Source: Massalongia carnosa (Eukaryota). From it: 64,000 bases of DNA. Position 1 is the stretch's first letter. Every line of letters starts with the position of its first letter. The translations under genes and the position numbers were made by a program. Positions 63,736 to 64,000 of the stretch are shown one piece after another. Under the pieces are notes generated by a model. The model did no database searches, was not told where the DNA came from, and saw only the letters and a list, made by a program, of their open reading frames with translations. Location of the stretch: positions 992,001-1,056,000 of the forward strand of contig OZ287073.1 of assembly GCA_965645245.1 (NCBI GenBank), written 5' to 3'.

Positions 63736-64000
63736 TACAGCTATTACATAGAAGTTGAGACTACCTCAATTCCTCCTATTTGCAATGACTTCTCCGAGCT
63801 CATCGTATTACCCGTGATTAGTAATGTCCAGCTTACTCTCTGACCACATTAAAGTATCTCGATGATACTTGCTTAAGCTTTCATAGCTAAGCGCTTGATA
63901 ATGAATGTGACGTTGATACTAATCAACTGTGACAATCAACGGCCCAGTTCAGGATACAATTACCCAATTAGGCATAGACTTAATGCCGTGGCGGATGAGG

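Larger units (their letters stand above)
57554..64000 (-). mobile_element. Degenerate Ty1/copia retrotransposon with five nested solo LTRs; 5' LTR runs off the window end
   Basis: 5' LTR from 63495 to beyond 64000 matches 3' LTR 57554-58304. PBS GGTTATGAG at 63486-63494; PPT GTAGTGGGAG at 58305-58314. Protease DSGSSRHM, GAG-pre-integrase LWHARMRH, integrase ERFNRTI, RT YVDD, RNase H YADAAY/EAEY, in copia order with many stops and frameshifts; gag mostly deleted. Confidence 0.95.

Overview
Eukaryotic DNA from a filamentous ascomycete (Pezizomycotina): short GT-AG introns with CTAAC/CTGAC branch points, and proteins resembling Aspergillus/Neurospora-type orthologues. 2-31 kb is a compact block of housekeeping genes (PRP46, NAS6, SGM1/TMF1-like, a conserved coiled-coil protein, prefoldin 1, alkaline ceramidase, LPX1-like hydrolase, RTT107/Brc1, VPS25, TRM8, an SLC35/TPT transporter, MDM1/SNX13-like) plus a decayed TOXD-like reductase. 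31-39 kb has no gene I can identify. 39-50 kb holds cpcA/cpc-1 (GCN4), a Meu6-type PH protein and a VSB1-like SLC26-STAS-cNMP transporter. 50-64 kb is a transposon cluster: pogo/Fot1, a MITE, a Tc1 element and a minus-strand Ty1/copia element carrying five nested solo LTRs. Most notable: (1) a copia LTR interrupts the last coding exon of PRP46 and supplies its C-terminus and stop codon; (2) the cpcA leader has uORF1, uORF2 and the stop-free in-frame N-terminal extension, plus an in-frame AUG inside uORF2; (3) one copia element has been hit five times, each insertion reduced to a solo LTR; (4) a foldback MITE with an 8-bp target duplication and atypical ends sits in the VPS25/TRM8 divergent promoter. 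I found no clear new multi-gene system. All calls are by eye; no database searches were run.
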